From positions 1,728,001 to 1,792,000 of the forward strand of contig CAWDXG010000004.1 of assembly GCA_963806225.1 (NCBI GenBank): a DNA stretch of 64,000 bases. The letters are read 5' to 3'. A program made the translations under genes and the position numbers. Below, in pieces: positions 52,057 through 61,162 of this stretch. A model generated the notes under the pieces. The model searched no databases. It saw only the letters and a program-made list of their open reading frames with translations, and had not been told where the DNA came from. Position 1 is the first letter of the stretch; each line of letters starts with the position of its first letter. This DNA is from an uncultured delta proteobacterium (GTDB lineage Bacteria > Myxococcota_A > Polyangia > Polyangiales > Polyangiaceae).

Positions 52057-52638
52057 CTAGCCGCGACGCTTGCGCCTGGCACGCGCTTTGCGCGGCTGGG
52101 GCGCCTCGGCCGCACCCAGCTCGCCGAACGCGCGATCATCGGAGGGCGCGTCCAGCATCGCGCTGCCATCGGAAGCGTCGGAGGCAGCATCGGAGGCAGC
52201 GTCGGACGGAGCGGCGTCGTTCATCTGGCCGCCGAAAGCGCCCGCCGCGACGCCCATGTAGCCGCCGTTGCCGCCGACGCCGCCGAAGCCGGCTGCGGCC
52301 ACGGTCGGCATTCCCGCGGTTCCGCCGACGCCGCCGAAGCCACCCGCGGCGACGCCCATGTAGCCGCCGTTGCCGCCGACGCCACCGAAACCGGCCGCGG
52401 CCACTCCCTGCAATCCCCCGGTGCCACCGTACGCGCCGGCCGCGACTCCGCTGTAGCCGCCCGCCGCGACCCCGTAGTAGCCGCCCGTGCTGCTGCTGCC
52501 CCCGTCGAGACTCCCGGAGCCGGCGGTGCTGCACGCAGCAATTGCGCAGAGCGGCACCACTGTCGTCACGCACGCCGTCCGCAGTAGCGCCCGGGGGACG
52601 AATGCCCGGCGCGAGCTCTTCTGTCTGGTCTTCGCCAT
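52057..52638 (-). CDS. Gly-rich repeat protein with a Tat-like/lipoprotein leader and six [GT]VAAxx[FY] cores (candidate precursor)
   Basis: RBS GGAGG; SSRRAFV, then hydrophobic stretch, then IAAC; cores GVAAGGY, GVAAGAY, GVAAAGF, GVAAGGF, TVAAAGF, GVAAGAF; acidic DAAS tract; basic tail. Confidence 0.75.
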   Translation of the reverse strand: MAKTRQKSSRRAFVPRALLRTACVTTVVPLCAIAACSTAGSGSLDGGSSSTGGYYGVAAGGYSGVAAGAYGGTGGLQGVAAAGFGGVGGNGGYMGVAAGGFGGVGGTAGMPTVAAAGFGGVGGNGGYMGVAAGAFGGQMNDAAPSDAASDAASDASDGSAMLDAPSDDRAFGELGAAEAPQPRKARARRKRRG

Positions 52639-52699
52639 GATGCCTCCGCTGTCCCAGAGTCTCACATCGCTGCGCGGGAAGCGATGGAGATGACGGACG

Positions 52700-53239
52700 T
52701 CAAGGTTTCGAGCCAGCAGCGGCACTCCCTGCCGGCCGTGGATCGAGCAGAGGTACCGTTTCTCCGGGCGTCTTGGGGATCTGCACGAAATCGTGGCCGG
52801 TGGCGGCGTGGCACGCGTTGCAGATCCCGGCCGTCTCCGCGAACGCCTTGGCGACCGCCGTGCCGTCCCGATCCTGCACAGCCTTGTCCAGTGCCGGCAG
52901 CCGTTGCTTGTCGAGGTCGGCGAGCAGCGCGGCGAGCTTCTTGGGATCGCCCTTCCTCGGCGGCTGGGCGCGCGGCAGATCGTCGTGAAGCGCTTCGCCT
53001 AGCTCGCCGATTTCGTAGTGCGCGAGCCGGAAACGCTTCGCTTTCGCGGCACGTCCCATGAGCTCGAAGCGGTGCCCGATCTCCGACATCACATCGCCGT
53101 AGTGCGGTGAGTCGGGTGGCGAGGCCGCAGCGGACGCCGCTGCTGGAGGCGCGGCGGACGGGGCGGGCTTGCCGGACGGGGCGGACTTCGCGCAGCCGCT
53201 GGCGAGCGCCGCGATCAGCAGGACGGAGAGCTTCGACAT
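52700..53239 (-). CDS. Monoheme cytochrome c lipoprotein (cytochrome c'-like, C-terminal CxxCH)
   Basis: RBS GGAGG; lipobox ASGC; helical body; single CNACH near the C-terminus. Confidence 0.8.
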   Translation of the reverse strand: MSKLSVLLIAALASGCAKSAPSGKPAPSAAPPAAASAAASPPDSPHYGDVMSEIGHRFELMGRAAKAKRFRLAHYEIGELGEALHDDLPRAQPPRKGDPKKLAALLADLDKQRLPALDKAVQDRDGTAVAKAFAETAGICNACHAATGHDFVQIPKTPGETVPLLDPRPAGSAAAGSKP

Positions 53240-53325
53240 CGTGTGTCCTCCACGCGCAGTCGGTCCAGCTGCGCTCGGACAGGAGTAGGCGCCATCCCAT
53301 ACCAAGGCCAGCACGAGCCGAAAAA

Positions 53326-53365
53326 TGTGGCACTTTGCCACAGTGATCTGTGGCAAAATGCCACT
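53326..53365. promoter_or_regulatory. Tandem palindromic operator TGTGGCA-N3-TGCCAC(A/T), two copies
   Basis: 53326-53342 TGTGGCACTTTGCCACA and 53349-53365 TGTGGCAAAATGCCACT, 23 bp apart, upstream of the monoheme gene. Confidence 0.7.
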
Positions 53366-53424
53366 GCTAGCGTGCCGACCCGCCACGGCCGGCACGCTCT
53401 CTCCCGGTGTTGCGCGGTGCGTGC

Positions 53425-55692
53425 CTACGGCGCCGGCGCGTGGAACACGTCGATGTCGTAGACCTTGCCCGGTCCGTGACAGGTGGCGCAGCTCTCCACG
53501 CCGCCCGAGGTCGTCATGATCTCGGCGTGCGCGGCGGTGGAGTCCGCGTCGTGACACGAGGTGCACACGGAGGTGGTGGGCGGCGTGTACTTCTTGGTGC
53601 CCACCCAGTACGGGTCGTCGCAGTAGCCGTTGCTGTCCGCGCCGGCAGGCTCGCTGCAGGTGAACGTCTCGCTGAGCGAGGGCAAGAGGTCACTCGCGAG
53701 CGGCAGCCGCTGGCTGTTGTTCACGTGACAGGCGTTGCACTCGTTCTGCGGGCGCGGGTACCGAAGCTCGTTGATGTCGATGGGGCTGCCGCCGGGATTC
53801 GTCGTGCTGGGCGGCGGATAGCCTCCGAGCACGTACGGCTTGGTGTGGTTCTCGCCCATGTGGATGGCGTGGATCATCGCGCGGAAGTTCACCGTGTGCG
53901 CGACGATGGTGCTGCCCTCCATGCGCGCCACCCGCTCGTTGTTGTCGTTGTTCGGGTTGTGGCACATGATGCAGTACTGGGTGTTCGTGCGCGATCCGCC
54001 ATGAGCTTCGAGCGTGCCGTGGCAGTGGTCGCACTGCTGCGTCTCGACCACCGTGCGGCGCGGGACGGGCTTCGCGTCGGTCACGGCCACGTAGGCCACT
54101 GGGTTCAACGCGGCGTACTCGGGACCGTTCGGATCGGGCTGGATGTAGCCTTCCAGGCCAACCGCGTAGCTACCCTTGGCCGAAGACGGGATCGGCGAAG
54201 GGAACGTGTAGCGGAAATTCGAACCGTCCGCGACGAGGGTGCCCGTGCTGCCGCTGCCCTGGATCGTGTCCTGCCAGTACTGCGCGTAGTCCGTGGTGGG
54301 ACCGGCCAGCGTGACGCGCAGGCGGTCCAACGGGCTCGCGAGGATATCCCTGGGCTGCCCATCCACCGTGACGTTGAAGACGAGCTCGGGGGTCTGGCCG
54401 GGCGCCGTCTTGTCGACCTGGACGATGTTGAGCACGAGCTTCGGGCTCGAGGGGTCGGTGTACTGGGTCAGGTGCTTCTGTTCGATGGGAGCCTGGGCGT
54501 TCTTCCCGTGGCAGACCAGGCAGAGGCTGTCGTCTTTCTGCTCGCCGCCGATGTGCTTGATCATGCCGGTGGGGATTGCCGTCTGGTCGCCGAACCAGAG
54601 ATCGTCATGACAGGAGCCGCAGGCGGCACGGCTGGGGTTCGTATTCCAGTGATCGCCCTGCTTGGCGCCCTGGTGGCACTTGTTGCAGTCCTGGACCGGC
54701 TGCGGGAATGCGACGGTCGAGTAGTCGTTCACGCCCTGCTGGTAGCCGATGATCTGGTAGGGCGTGCCGCTCTGCACGCTGGGCAGATTGGCTCCGTCGT
54801 GGATCTTGTGGATCATCACCTTGAAATCGACCGTGTTGCCCGTGTCCGGGTCGATCACGTCCTTCGTGTGGCACATCACGCAGAGCTTGGTGTCGCGTCG
54901 CGCGCCCCCGTGGGCTTCGAGCGTGCCGTGGCAGCCGTTGCAGTTGTCGGTCAGGACGACTTCGCGCTCGAGCGGCGTGCCGCCCGCCGGCACCCAGCTG
55001 TAGGTGTCGTTGGACACGTACTCGTTGTTGTCGTAGCTGCGGGTCGCGTAGGCGCCGACCTTCTGCGTCTTCGCGTTGTCGGCGATGGTGATCTTGGTGC
55101 CGAACTGGTATTCGTACTCGCCGTTCCGCACGTCGACCGCCGTGAAGGTGCCGCCGCTGTCGGTGGACGGCTGCGTGGCGGTCTTGTTGGTGATGGGGCT
55201 GGTCTGGTCGCGCGTGGTGTACGCGACGTACTGGGTGGGGTTTCCGTTGGCGTCGGTGTCGAGCCAATCCATGATGAAACGAACGGTGACCGCACCGGGG
55301 GTCAGCGTGCCGTCGATGTCGAGCGGCGTGCCGTTGTCGTCCGTCAACTGGAAGTGAACGGTCGCCAAGCCGTTGGCGTCGACGCTCGCGTCCTCGATCT
55401 TCATCTTGAGCCCGGGCCCGGCCGCCCACGGTCCCAGACCCGGCTGCCCGGCTTCGCCGGGCGGACCGGCCTCGCCGGACGGACCCGCTTCGCCCGGGAG
55501 CCCAGGCGGTCCTGCCTCACCCGCTGGGCCGGTCGGGCCAGCGGAACCCATCTCTCCTGGCGGCCCCTGCGAGCCCTGTGGGCCGGTCGAACCACTGCAC
55601 GCGCCCACGAGGGCGCCGGCGGAGATGGCCGCAACGGCTGCCAGGCGCAGCCAGATCTGGTGCGGGAGCCTAGTCTTCGATGAGCTTGCCAT
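53425..55692 (-). CDS. OmcA/MtrC-family decaheme cytochrome lipoprotein with a collagen-like stalk
   Basis: Lipobox VGAC; about 17 Gly-X-Y triplets; 10 CxxCH in two groups of five, each after a beta domain; [10 protein letters not shown] and [10 protein letters not shown] motifs. Confidence 0.93.
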   Translation of the reverse strand: MASSSKTRLPHQIWLRLAAVAAISAGALVGACSGSTGPQGSQGPPGEMGSAGPTGPAGEAGPPGLPGEAGPSGEAGPPGEAGQPGLGPWAAGPGLKMKIEDASVDANGLATVHFQLTDDNGTPLDIDGTLTPGAVTVRFIMDWLDTDANGNPTQYVAYTTRDQTSPITNKTATQPSTDSGGTFTAVDVRNGEYEYQFGTKITIADNAKTQKVGAYATRSYDNNEYVSNDTYSWVPAGGTPLEREVVLTDNCNGCHGTLEAHGGARRDTKLCVMCHTKDVIDPDTGNTVDFKVMIHKIHDGANLPSVQSGTPYQIIGYQQGVNDYSTVAFPQPVQDCNKCHQGAKQGDHWNTNPSRAACGSCHDDLWFGDQTAIPTGMIKHIGGEQKDDSLCLVCHGKNAQAPIEQKHLTQYTDPSSPKLVLNIVQVDKTAPGQTPELVFNVTVDGQPRDILASPLDRLRVTLAGPTTDYAQYWQDTIQGSGSTGTLVADGSNFRYTFPSPIPSSAKGSYAVGLEGYIQPDPNGPEYAALNPVAYVAVTDAKPVPRRTVVETQQCDHCHGTLEAHGGSRTNTQYCIMCHNPNNDNNERVARMEGSTIVAHTVNFRAMIHAIHMGENHTKPYVLGGYPPPSTTNPGGSPIDINELRYPRPQNECNACHVNNSQRLPLASDLLPSLSETFTCSEPAGADSNGYCDDPYWVGTKKYTPPTTSVCTSCHDADSTAAHAEIMTTSGGVESCATCHGPGKVYDIDVFHAPAP

Positions 55693-55932
55693 AGGGTAGA
55701 TCCTGATCGATGGTGCGATGTCTGCGCGGCAAATTACCTGGACCCGCAAGAATTTCGTGAATTCTCCCAACGTGCTGCGCGTTCGGATTGGTTGCGAAGA
55801 TCGCGCCAGACTGGCGACCACGGGGGCACAAACCTCGTGCCGGCCGGAACGAGCCACATTCCACGTGGGATAGGGCGTTCCGTCGCGCCACACAAGTCCA
55901 AATCCCACCGGCGTCAGCAGTCCGTGAAGCGG

Positions 55933-55948
55933 GGGCACGTCTGATGCT
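55933..55948 (+). promoter_or_regulatory. Sigma54-like promoter candidate for the porin-cytochrome operon
   Basis: GGGCACGTCTGATGCT (GG-N10-GC). It could alternatively be an extended -10, TGCTAGAGT. Confidence 0.4.
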
Positions 55949-55963
55949 AGAGTGCGCCCCGAA

Positions 55964-56821
55964 ATGAAGATGGCATATGTGCTCGGTGTGGCGCTCGTCG
56001 GGGCCGCCGCAGCCGGCTTCGTAGTAAACAGGGCACACAAACAGAGCTCGATCGCGAACGAGCCAGCCACTGCGGCGGCAGCCGCGGCTCCGGCTCCGGC
56101 TTCACCGCAGGCCGACGACACGCCCGGCTCTGCGCTGACCGGCAAGGTGCTCGAAACGATGGACGTGCCGAACTACACGTACCTCCACCTCGACACTGGC
56201 TCCGCCAAGGTGTGGGCAGCGGTGCCGCAGGTGAAGGTCGACAAGGGCAGCACGGTCACCGTCTCGAACGCGATGAAGATGCAGCAGTTCCGCAGCAAGA
56301 CGCTCAAGCGGACCTTCGACGTCATCTACTTCGGCTCGATGGGCGATGGCGCCGGCAGCGCCAGCGCTGGCAATCTGCCGGCGGGTCACCCCAACGTGGG
56401 CAGTGGCAGTCCGATGGCCGCTGGGATGGGCCAAGGCATGATGCCCCAGGGACACCCGCAGGTCGGCGCGGCCGATCCGGCTCCGACGGATCTGCCCAAG
56501 GTCGAAAAGGCCAAGGGCAAGAACGCCGAGCGGATTGGTGACGTTCTCGCGGCGCGCAAGAAATTCGCCGGGAAGGTCCTCCGGATCCGCGGAGTCGTCG
56601 TCAAGGTCACGCCGGGCGTCAAAGGCAAGACATTCCTGCACCTCCGCGACGGGAGCGGCGACGCCTCCAAGCACGAGAACGACCTGGCCGCCACAACCCA
56701 GGCCGTGCCCAAGCAGGGCGACATCATCACGCTGGAAGGCACGCTCGGCACCGATGTCGACATCGGGATCGGGTACCACTATCCGGCGCTTCTCCAGGAC
56801 GCGAAGGTCGTGGACAACTAG
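55964..56821 (+). CDS. Membrane-anchored protein with two OB-fold-like domains and PxGHP motifs
   Basis: N-terminal [17 protein letters not shown]...WAAVP; LPAGHP and MPQGHP; RGVVVKV...FLHLRDGSG...[12 protein letters not shown]. Confidence 0.8.
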   Translation: MKMAYVLGVALVGAAAAGFVVNRAHKQSSIANEPATAAAAAAPAPASPQADDTPGSALTGKVLETMDVPNYTYLHLDTGSAKVWAAVPQVKVDKGSTVTVSNAMKMQQFRSKTLKRTFDVIYFGSMGDGAGSASAGNLPAGHPNVGSGSPMAAGMGQGMMPQGHPQVGAADPAPTDLPKVEKAKGKNAERIGDVLAARKKFAGKVLRIRGVVVKVTPGVKGKTFLHLRDGSGDASKHENDLAATTQAVPKQGDIITLEGTLGTDVDIGIGYHYPALLQDAKVVDN

Positions 56822-56844
56822 AGGAGGACCGATCCTCGAACAGA

Positions 56845-58323
56845 ATGGGTAGCGGGGGGGAGCTTCAAGACTGGGAGCTTTTGGTGAGCTCGAGCGCCGG
56901 TGGCCGGGAAAACAGACGTAGCTCTCTCGTCGGATCGCTCCGGCACGGCGTTCATTTGTCGTGCGTGTTCGGTGGCGTTGCCCTGGCGGTCGTGCTCGCC
57001 CCGGCGGCGGCGCGTGCCGAGCCACCGCCACAACCCGATACGGACACGTATTCCGTGCACGCCCGGAGCGCGACCTATCTCCAGCTCTACCAGCGTGCAC
57101 TCTTGCCCGGACCGGACGGCGCGATCGTAGCGACGACCACACCGGCACCGGCGACCGAGTACGTGTCGTTGAGGGCCGACGATATCGACGCTCCCTGGAA
57201 GAAGGACAGCCTCGACTTCGAGCTCAGCGCCTGGGGCGACGCGCTGATGGGCGAGGCCGGACAGACCGACCGGCGCATCGACGGCGATCTGCAGACGGCC
57301 AACGTGCGGTATCGGGCAGGGCCGGGCTGGGTGCGTCTCGGACGCCAGGTCTATGCGGGCGGTGCCGCCCGCTTCAGCCGCTTCGACGGTCTGTCCGGCG
57401 GCGGAAAGCTCTCGATGGGGCTCGGCGGCGAGCTCTACGGCGGCCTCTCGGTGCTGCCGCGCTGGGACGCGCGTCCCGGCTACTACCAGCTCGGCAGTGC
57501 AAGCGACACGCTGCTGCGCGATCCCCAGGCGCTGCCGGAACCGAGCCGTTCGGGCTATTGGCTCGCGGGCGGGCGCATCTTCTACGACAAGGGTCCAGTG
57601 ATCGCCGGCCTGTCGATGCACGAGCAGCACGACGGCGGCGAGCTCGCGCGCCGCAACCTCGGCGCCGACCTCAGGCTCACGCCGTTCGACAAGGCCAGTC
57701 TGGGCGGTACTGCCCTGCTCGACCTGGACAGCGGCGGTCTGGCCGACGGTCGGGTCTGGATCGACTCCACGCCGCTCGAGCACGTGAGCCTCGGCGGCGA
57801 GTTCCTGCACACCGAGCCAGCGCTATTCCTGTCACGGCAGTCCGTGCTCAGCGTGTTCAGCACGGACAAGTTCGACGAGCTCGGCAGCACGGCGTCGTGG
57901 CAGCTCGACAAGGTGGTCGGGCTCGAGGGCGGCGGCTACATCGAGCTGTACTCGGACGGGAGCAAGGGCGCGCGCGGCAGGATCGCCGTCAAACTGACAC
58001 CGGACCAGGACGGCAACACGCTGCTGCGCCTGGGCTACACGCGGGTGCGCGCCGTCGACAACGGCTACCACTCGATCCGTGACTCGCTGCGCCAGCGCAT
58101 TGCGCGGACTGTTTCCGCCACTGCCGAGGCGTATCTCTACGTGTACGACCAGGCGATCCGCGGCTACAACGTCTCGAGCGTGTACGCGGGTACGGTCGAG
58201 TGGGACCCGCGCTCCGACCTCGGCCTGATGTGGGGCGCGTCGTTTGCAGACTCCCCGTACGCACGGGCGGACGTCCAGACGCTGCTCAGACTGAGCTACA
58301 ATTTCGATCGGGAGGCGCCATGA
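56845..58323 (+). CDS. Putative outer-membrane beta-barrel porin of a porin-cytochrome complex (true start probably downstream)
   Basis: Signal-like LAVVLAPAAARA; alternating aromatic/Gly beta strands; VRLGRQ...FDGL; C-terminal LRLSYNF; stop overlaps the cytochrome ATG. Confidence 0.75.
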   Translation: MGSGGELQDWELLVSSSAGGRENRRSSLVGSLRHGVHLSCVFGGVALAVVLAPAAARAEPPPQPDTDTYSVHARSATYLQLYQRALLPGPDGAIVATTTPAPATEYVSLRADDIDAPWKKDSLDFELSAWGDALMGEAGQTDRRIDGDLQTANVRYRAGPGWVRLGRQVYAGGAARFSRFDGLSGGGKLSMGLGGELYGGLSVLPRWDARPGYYQLGSASDTLLRDPQALPEPSRSGYWLAGGRIFYDKGPVIAGLSMHEQHDGGELARRNLGADLRLTPFDKASLGGTALLDLDSGGLADGRVWIDSTPLEHVSLGGEFLHTEPALFLSRQSVLSVFSTDKFDELGSTASWQLDKVVGLEGGGYIELYSDGSKGARGRIAVKLTPDQDGNTLLRLGYTRVRAVDNGYHSIRDSLRQRIARTVSATAEAYLYVYDQAIRGYNVSSVYAGTVEWDPRSDLGLMWGASFADSPYARADVQTLLRLSYNFDREAP

Positions 58324-59378
58324 CGGCTTCCCGGGTGCGCACGCTGCTCCTGGTGGTGGCCCTCGGGCTGAGCGCGCTTGTGGCGTGCAGCGGAAGCCGA
58401 GCGCATTTCTCCCACGAGTACCACCTGACGCGGATCGCGTGCGGGGGTCCCGGCCAGCCCCGGTGCCTGAACTGCACCAGCTGTCACAAGGTCGACAAGA
58501 CCAACCACATGCTCCCGAGGGTGACCGCCTGCCGCAACTGTCACAAGCCGGCCGAGCAGACCACGCTCGCCGCGGTGCATCCGGCGCCGAATGACGACCT
58601 CCAGTTCGCGGAGTCGCTGCGTTTCTCGCACGAGCAGCACCTGAAGATGCCGGCTCTGTCCGGCCAGTGCGTCCCCTGCCACGCCGGCGTGGTCCCGCCC
58701 GCCGACGACCCGCAGGCCAGCGTGTTCCCGCCGATGAAGCGCTGCTTCAAGTGCCACGAGCACCAGCAGCAGTGGGACCAGGCCAAGTGCACCGCGTGCC
58801 ACGAGCAGAAGGCGATGTCGCAGGTGATGCCGCAGAGCTTCCTCCGCCACAACCAGGGCTGGATGCGGCATCACGGGACGATGGCGCGCGAGAAGCGCCA
58901 GATCTGCTCGCAGTGCCATAGCCAGCAGCAGTGCAACGACTGCCACGACGTGACGCAGAACCTCAAGATCGAGGACAGGCAGCCGGAAGCCATCAAGCGG
59001 CACTTCGTGCATCGCGGCAACTGGCTCAGCGTGCATCCGATCGAAGCGAAGTCCCAACCCCGGCGCTGCCTGAGCTGCCACACCGAAAAGAGCTGCGACG
59101 GCTGCCACGTGCGCCACGGCGTGAGCGCCAACGCCGTCCGGGGCGCCAACCCGCATCCGCAGGGCTGGGTCGGCGGCGATCCGAACAATCCCGACTTCCA
59201 CGGGAAGGCGGCGCGCCGCGACATCCTCACCTGCGCCGGCTGCCACGACCAGGGCCCCGCCACCAACTGCATCCGCTGTCACAAGGTCGGCGGCCCCGGC
59301 GGCAACCCCCACCCCCACGGTTGGAAGAGCGCTCGCTCGGACAACGCTTCGATGTGCAGGTACTGCCATGGCGGGTAG
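58320..59378 (+). CDS. Dodecaheme c-type cytochrome lipoprotein (cytochrome c3/c7-like modules)
   Basis: RBS GGAGG; lipobox LVAC; FSHxxH motifs; 12 CxxCH. Confidence 0.92.
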   Translation: MTASRVRTLLLVVALGLSALVACSGSRAHFSHEYHLTRIACGGPGQPRCLNCTSCHKVDKTNHMLPRVTACRNCHKPAEQTTLAAVHPAPNDDLQFAESLRFSHEQHLKMPALSGQCVPCHAGVVPPADDPQASVFPPMKRCFKCHEHQQQWDQAKCTACHEQKAMSQVMPQSFLRHNQGWMRHHGTMAREKRQICSQCHSQQQCNDCHDVTQNLKIEDRQPEAIKRHFVHRGNWLSVHPIEAKSQPRRCLSCHTEKSCDGCHVRHGVSANAVRGANPHPQGWVGGDPNNPDFHGKAARRDILTCAGCHDQGPATNCIRCHKVGGPGGNPHPHGWKSARSDNASMCRYCHGG

Positions 59379-61062
59379 AACGCACAATGTTGCCCTGACG
59401 GCGATCGTGGCGCTGGCCGGCGCCGCTGCAGCGCTGTTGCCGGCGTGCCTCGACCGCTACGGGCAGGACCAGACGCCGGCCAGCCGCCGCTGTTCGGCCT
59501 GCCACGGCGATGCGTCACGGCAGGGCACCCTGCTGCAGAAGGCGGCTCCGCCGTACGATCTGCACGGCAACACGACTAGCGAGTACCCCGGCGTCGGCGC
59601 CCACATGCGGCATCTGTACGCAGGCAGCACGCATGCGGCGATCGAGTGCAAGCAGTGCCACGTCGTGCCGAAGAATGTTACGGATCCCGGCCACGCCGAC
59701 ACGAAGCGCCCGGCCGAGATCACCTTCGGGTCGCTGGCGAGCGAGGGCAAGCACTCGCCCGAGTACAACTCGGCGATGCGACGCTGCTCCGACACGTACT
59801 GCCACCGCGACGCCGATCCGGTCTGGACGCATCCGCGGAGCGAGGCCGACACCTGCGGCACCTGCCATGCGCTGCCGCCGCCCAAGCCGCATCCGCAGGC
59901 GCCGGAAAACGACTGCGGCGTCTGCCACAGCGCGGTGGTCGACAGGAATCTCGCCTTCGTGCACCCCGAACGGCACGTCGACGGCAAGGTCGAGGTGCGG
60001 ACGCCCAAGTGCAACGAGTGCCACGGCAGCGCGAAGAACTTCGCCCCGCCGACCGACACCAAGGGCAACACATCGCCCACGGCCCCCGGCGTCGGCGCCC
60101 ACCAGATCCACCTCGCGGGCGGCGACAACAGCCGGCCGCTCGAGTGCAAGGAGTGCCATCACGTCCCGACGGACGTGCTGGATCCGCTGCACATCGACGG
60201 TGCCGAACCGGCGGAGGTCATCTTCACGGGCGTTGCCGCGACGGACGGGCGTAACCCGGCGTTCGACGCGAAGTCGCTCACCTGCGGCAACACCTGGTGC
60301 CATTCGCCCGAGCCCGGCACCAGCAAGGCGTCGCCGGTGTGGAACTCGAACCCCGACAAGCCGCTGCCCTGCAATGGCTGCCACGGCACGCCGCCGGCAC
60401 CGCCCCACCCGCAGATGGACAACTGCTCGCAGTGCCACGGCGCCGTAGTGGGCAAGGACAACAAGACCATCGTCAACCGCGCGCTGCACGTGAACGGCGA
60501 GATCAACGTGGTGCTACCGACAGCCTGCAACTCGTGCCACGGCAGCGCGAACAATCCTGCGCCGCCGAAGGACCTCGAGGGCAACACGGCCACGACGGCG
60601 ATGGGCGTGGGCGCGCACCAGGCGCACCTTGCGGGCAGCAACTGGGCGCGCGCCGTGACCTGCGACGAGTGCCACATCGTGCCCAAGAACGTGAAGGACC
60701 CGGGTCACTTCGACTCGCCGCGCCCCGCGGAGCTCACCTTCTCGGGCACGGCGGTCTCGTTCGGCGCACAGCCCTCGTTCGACCCGGGCACCGGCACCTG
60801 CTCGAATGTCTATTGCCACGGCGACAGCTTCGTCGGCAGCCACGATTCAGGCGGGTCCCACACCAAGCCGGTCTGGAACCAGGTCGACGGCAGCCAGGTC
60901 AAGTGCGGAACCTGCCACGCGCTGCCGCCTCCGGCACCGCACCCGGTGCTGACCAGCAGCCAGGTCTGCTCGGACTGCCACAAGGACATCGCGCCGAACC
61001 TCACGTTCGTCCGCCCGGACCTGCACATCGACGGCCAGGTGACGTTCAACCTGCCGCCGTAA
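59368..61062 (+). CDS. CxxxxCH/CxxCH-repeat multiheme cytochrome lipoprotein (15 heme motifs)
   Basis: Lipobox LPAC; three repeats, each with 4 CxxCH and 1 CX4CH (CSDTYCH, CGNTWCH, CSNVYCH) plus GVGAHxxH. Confidence 0.92.
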   Translation: MAGRTHNVALTAIVALAGAAAALLPACLDRYGQDQTPASRRCSACHGDASRQGTLLQKAAPPYDLHGNTTSEYPGVGAHMRHLYAGSTHAAIECKQCHVVPKNVTDPGHADTKRPAEITFGSLASEGKHSPEYNSAMRRCSDTYCHRDADPVWTHPRSEADTCGTCHALPPPKPHPQAPENDCGVCHSAVVDRNLAFVHPERHVDGKVEVRTPKCNECHGSAKNFAPPTDTKGNTSPTAPGVGAHQIHLAGGDNSRPLECKECHHVPTDVLDPLHIDGAEPAEVIFTGVAATDGRNPAFDAKSLTCGNTWCHSPEPGTSKASPVWNSNPDKPLPCNGCHGTPPAPPHPQMDNCSQCHGAVVGKDNKTIVNRALHVNGEINVVLPTACNSCHGSANNPAPPKDLEGNTATTAMGVGAHQAHLAGSNWARAVTCDECHIVPKNVKDPGHFDSPRPAELTFSGTAVSFGAQPSFDPGTGTCSNVYCHGDSFVGSHDSGGSHTKPVWNQVDGSQVKCGTCHALPPPAPHPVLTSSQVCSDCHKDIAPNLTFVRPDLHIDGQVTFNLPP

Positions 61063-61087
61063 TAGCGCCGCCGCCCAGCGCCACGGA

Positions 61088-61162
61088 GGGCCGAAGGGCC
61101 GAAGCGCCGAAGCGCCGAAGCGCCGAAGGGCCGAAGGGCCGAAGCCCTTCGGGTTCGGTCCC
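61088..61162. repeat. 7x 8-bp tandem repeat GCCGAAG[GC] ending in a UUCG hairpin (probable bidirectional terminator)
   Basis: Units at 61090-61145; the last unit pairs as GGGCCGAAGCCC-TTCG-GGTTCGGTCCC between convergent stops. Confidence 0.75.

Noticed and set aside
61088..61162. 8-bp repeats as CRISPR or iterons
   Set aside because: Units are too short and contiguous, with no spacers and no rep gene.
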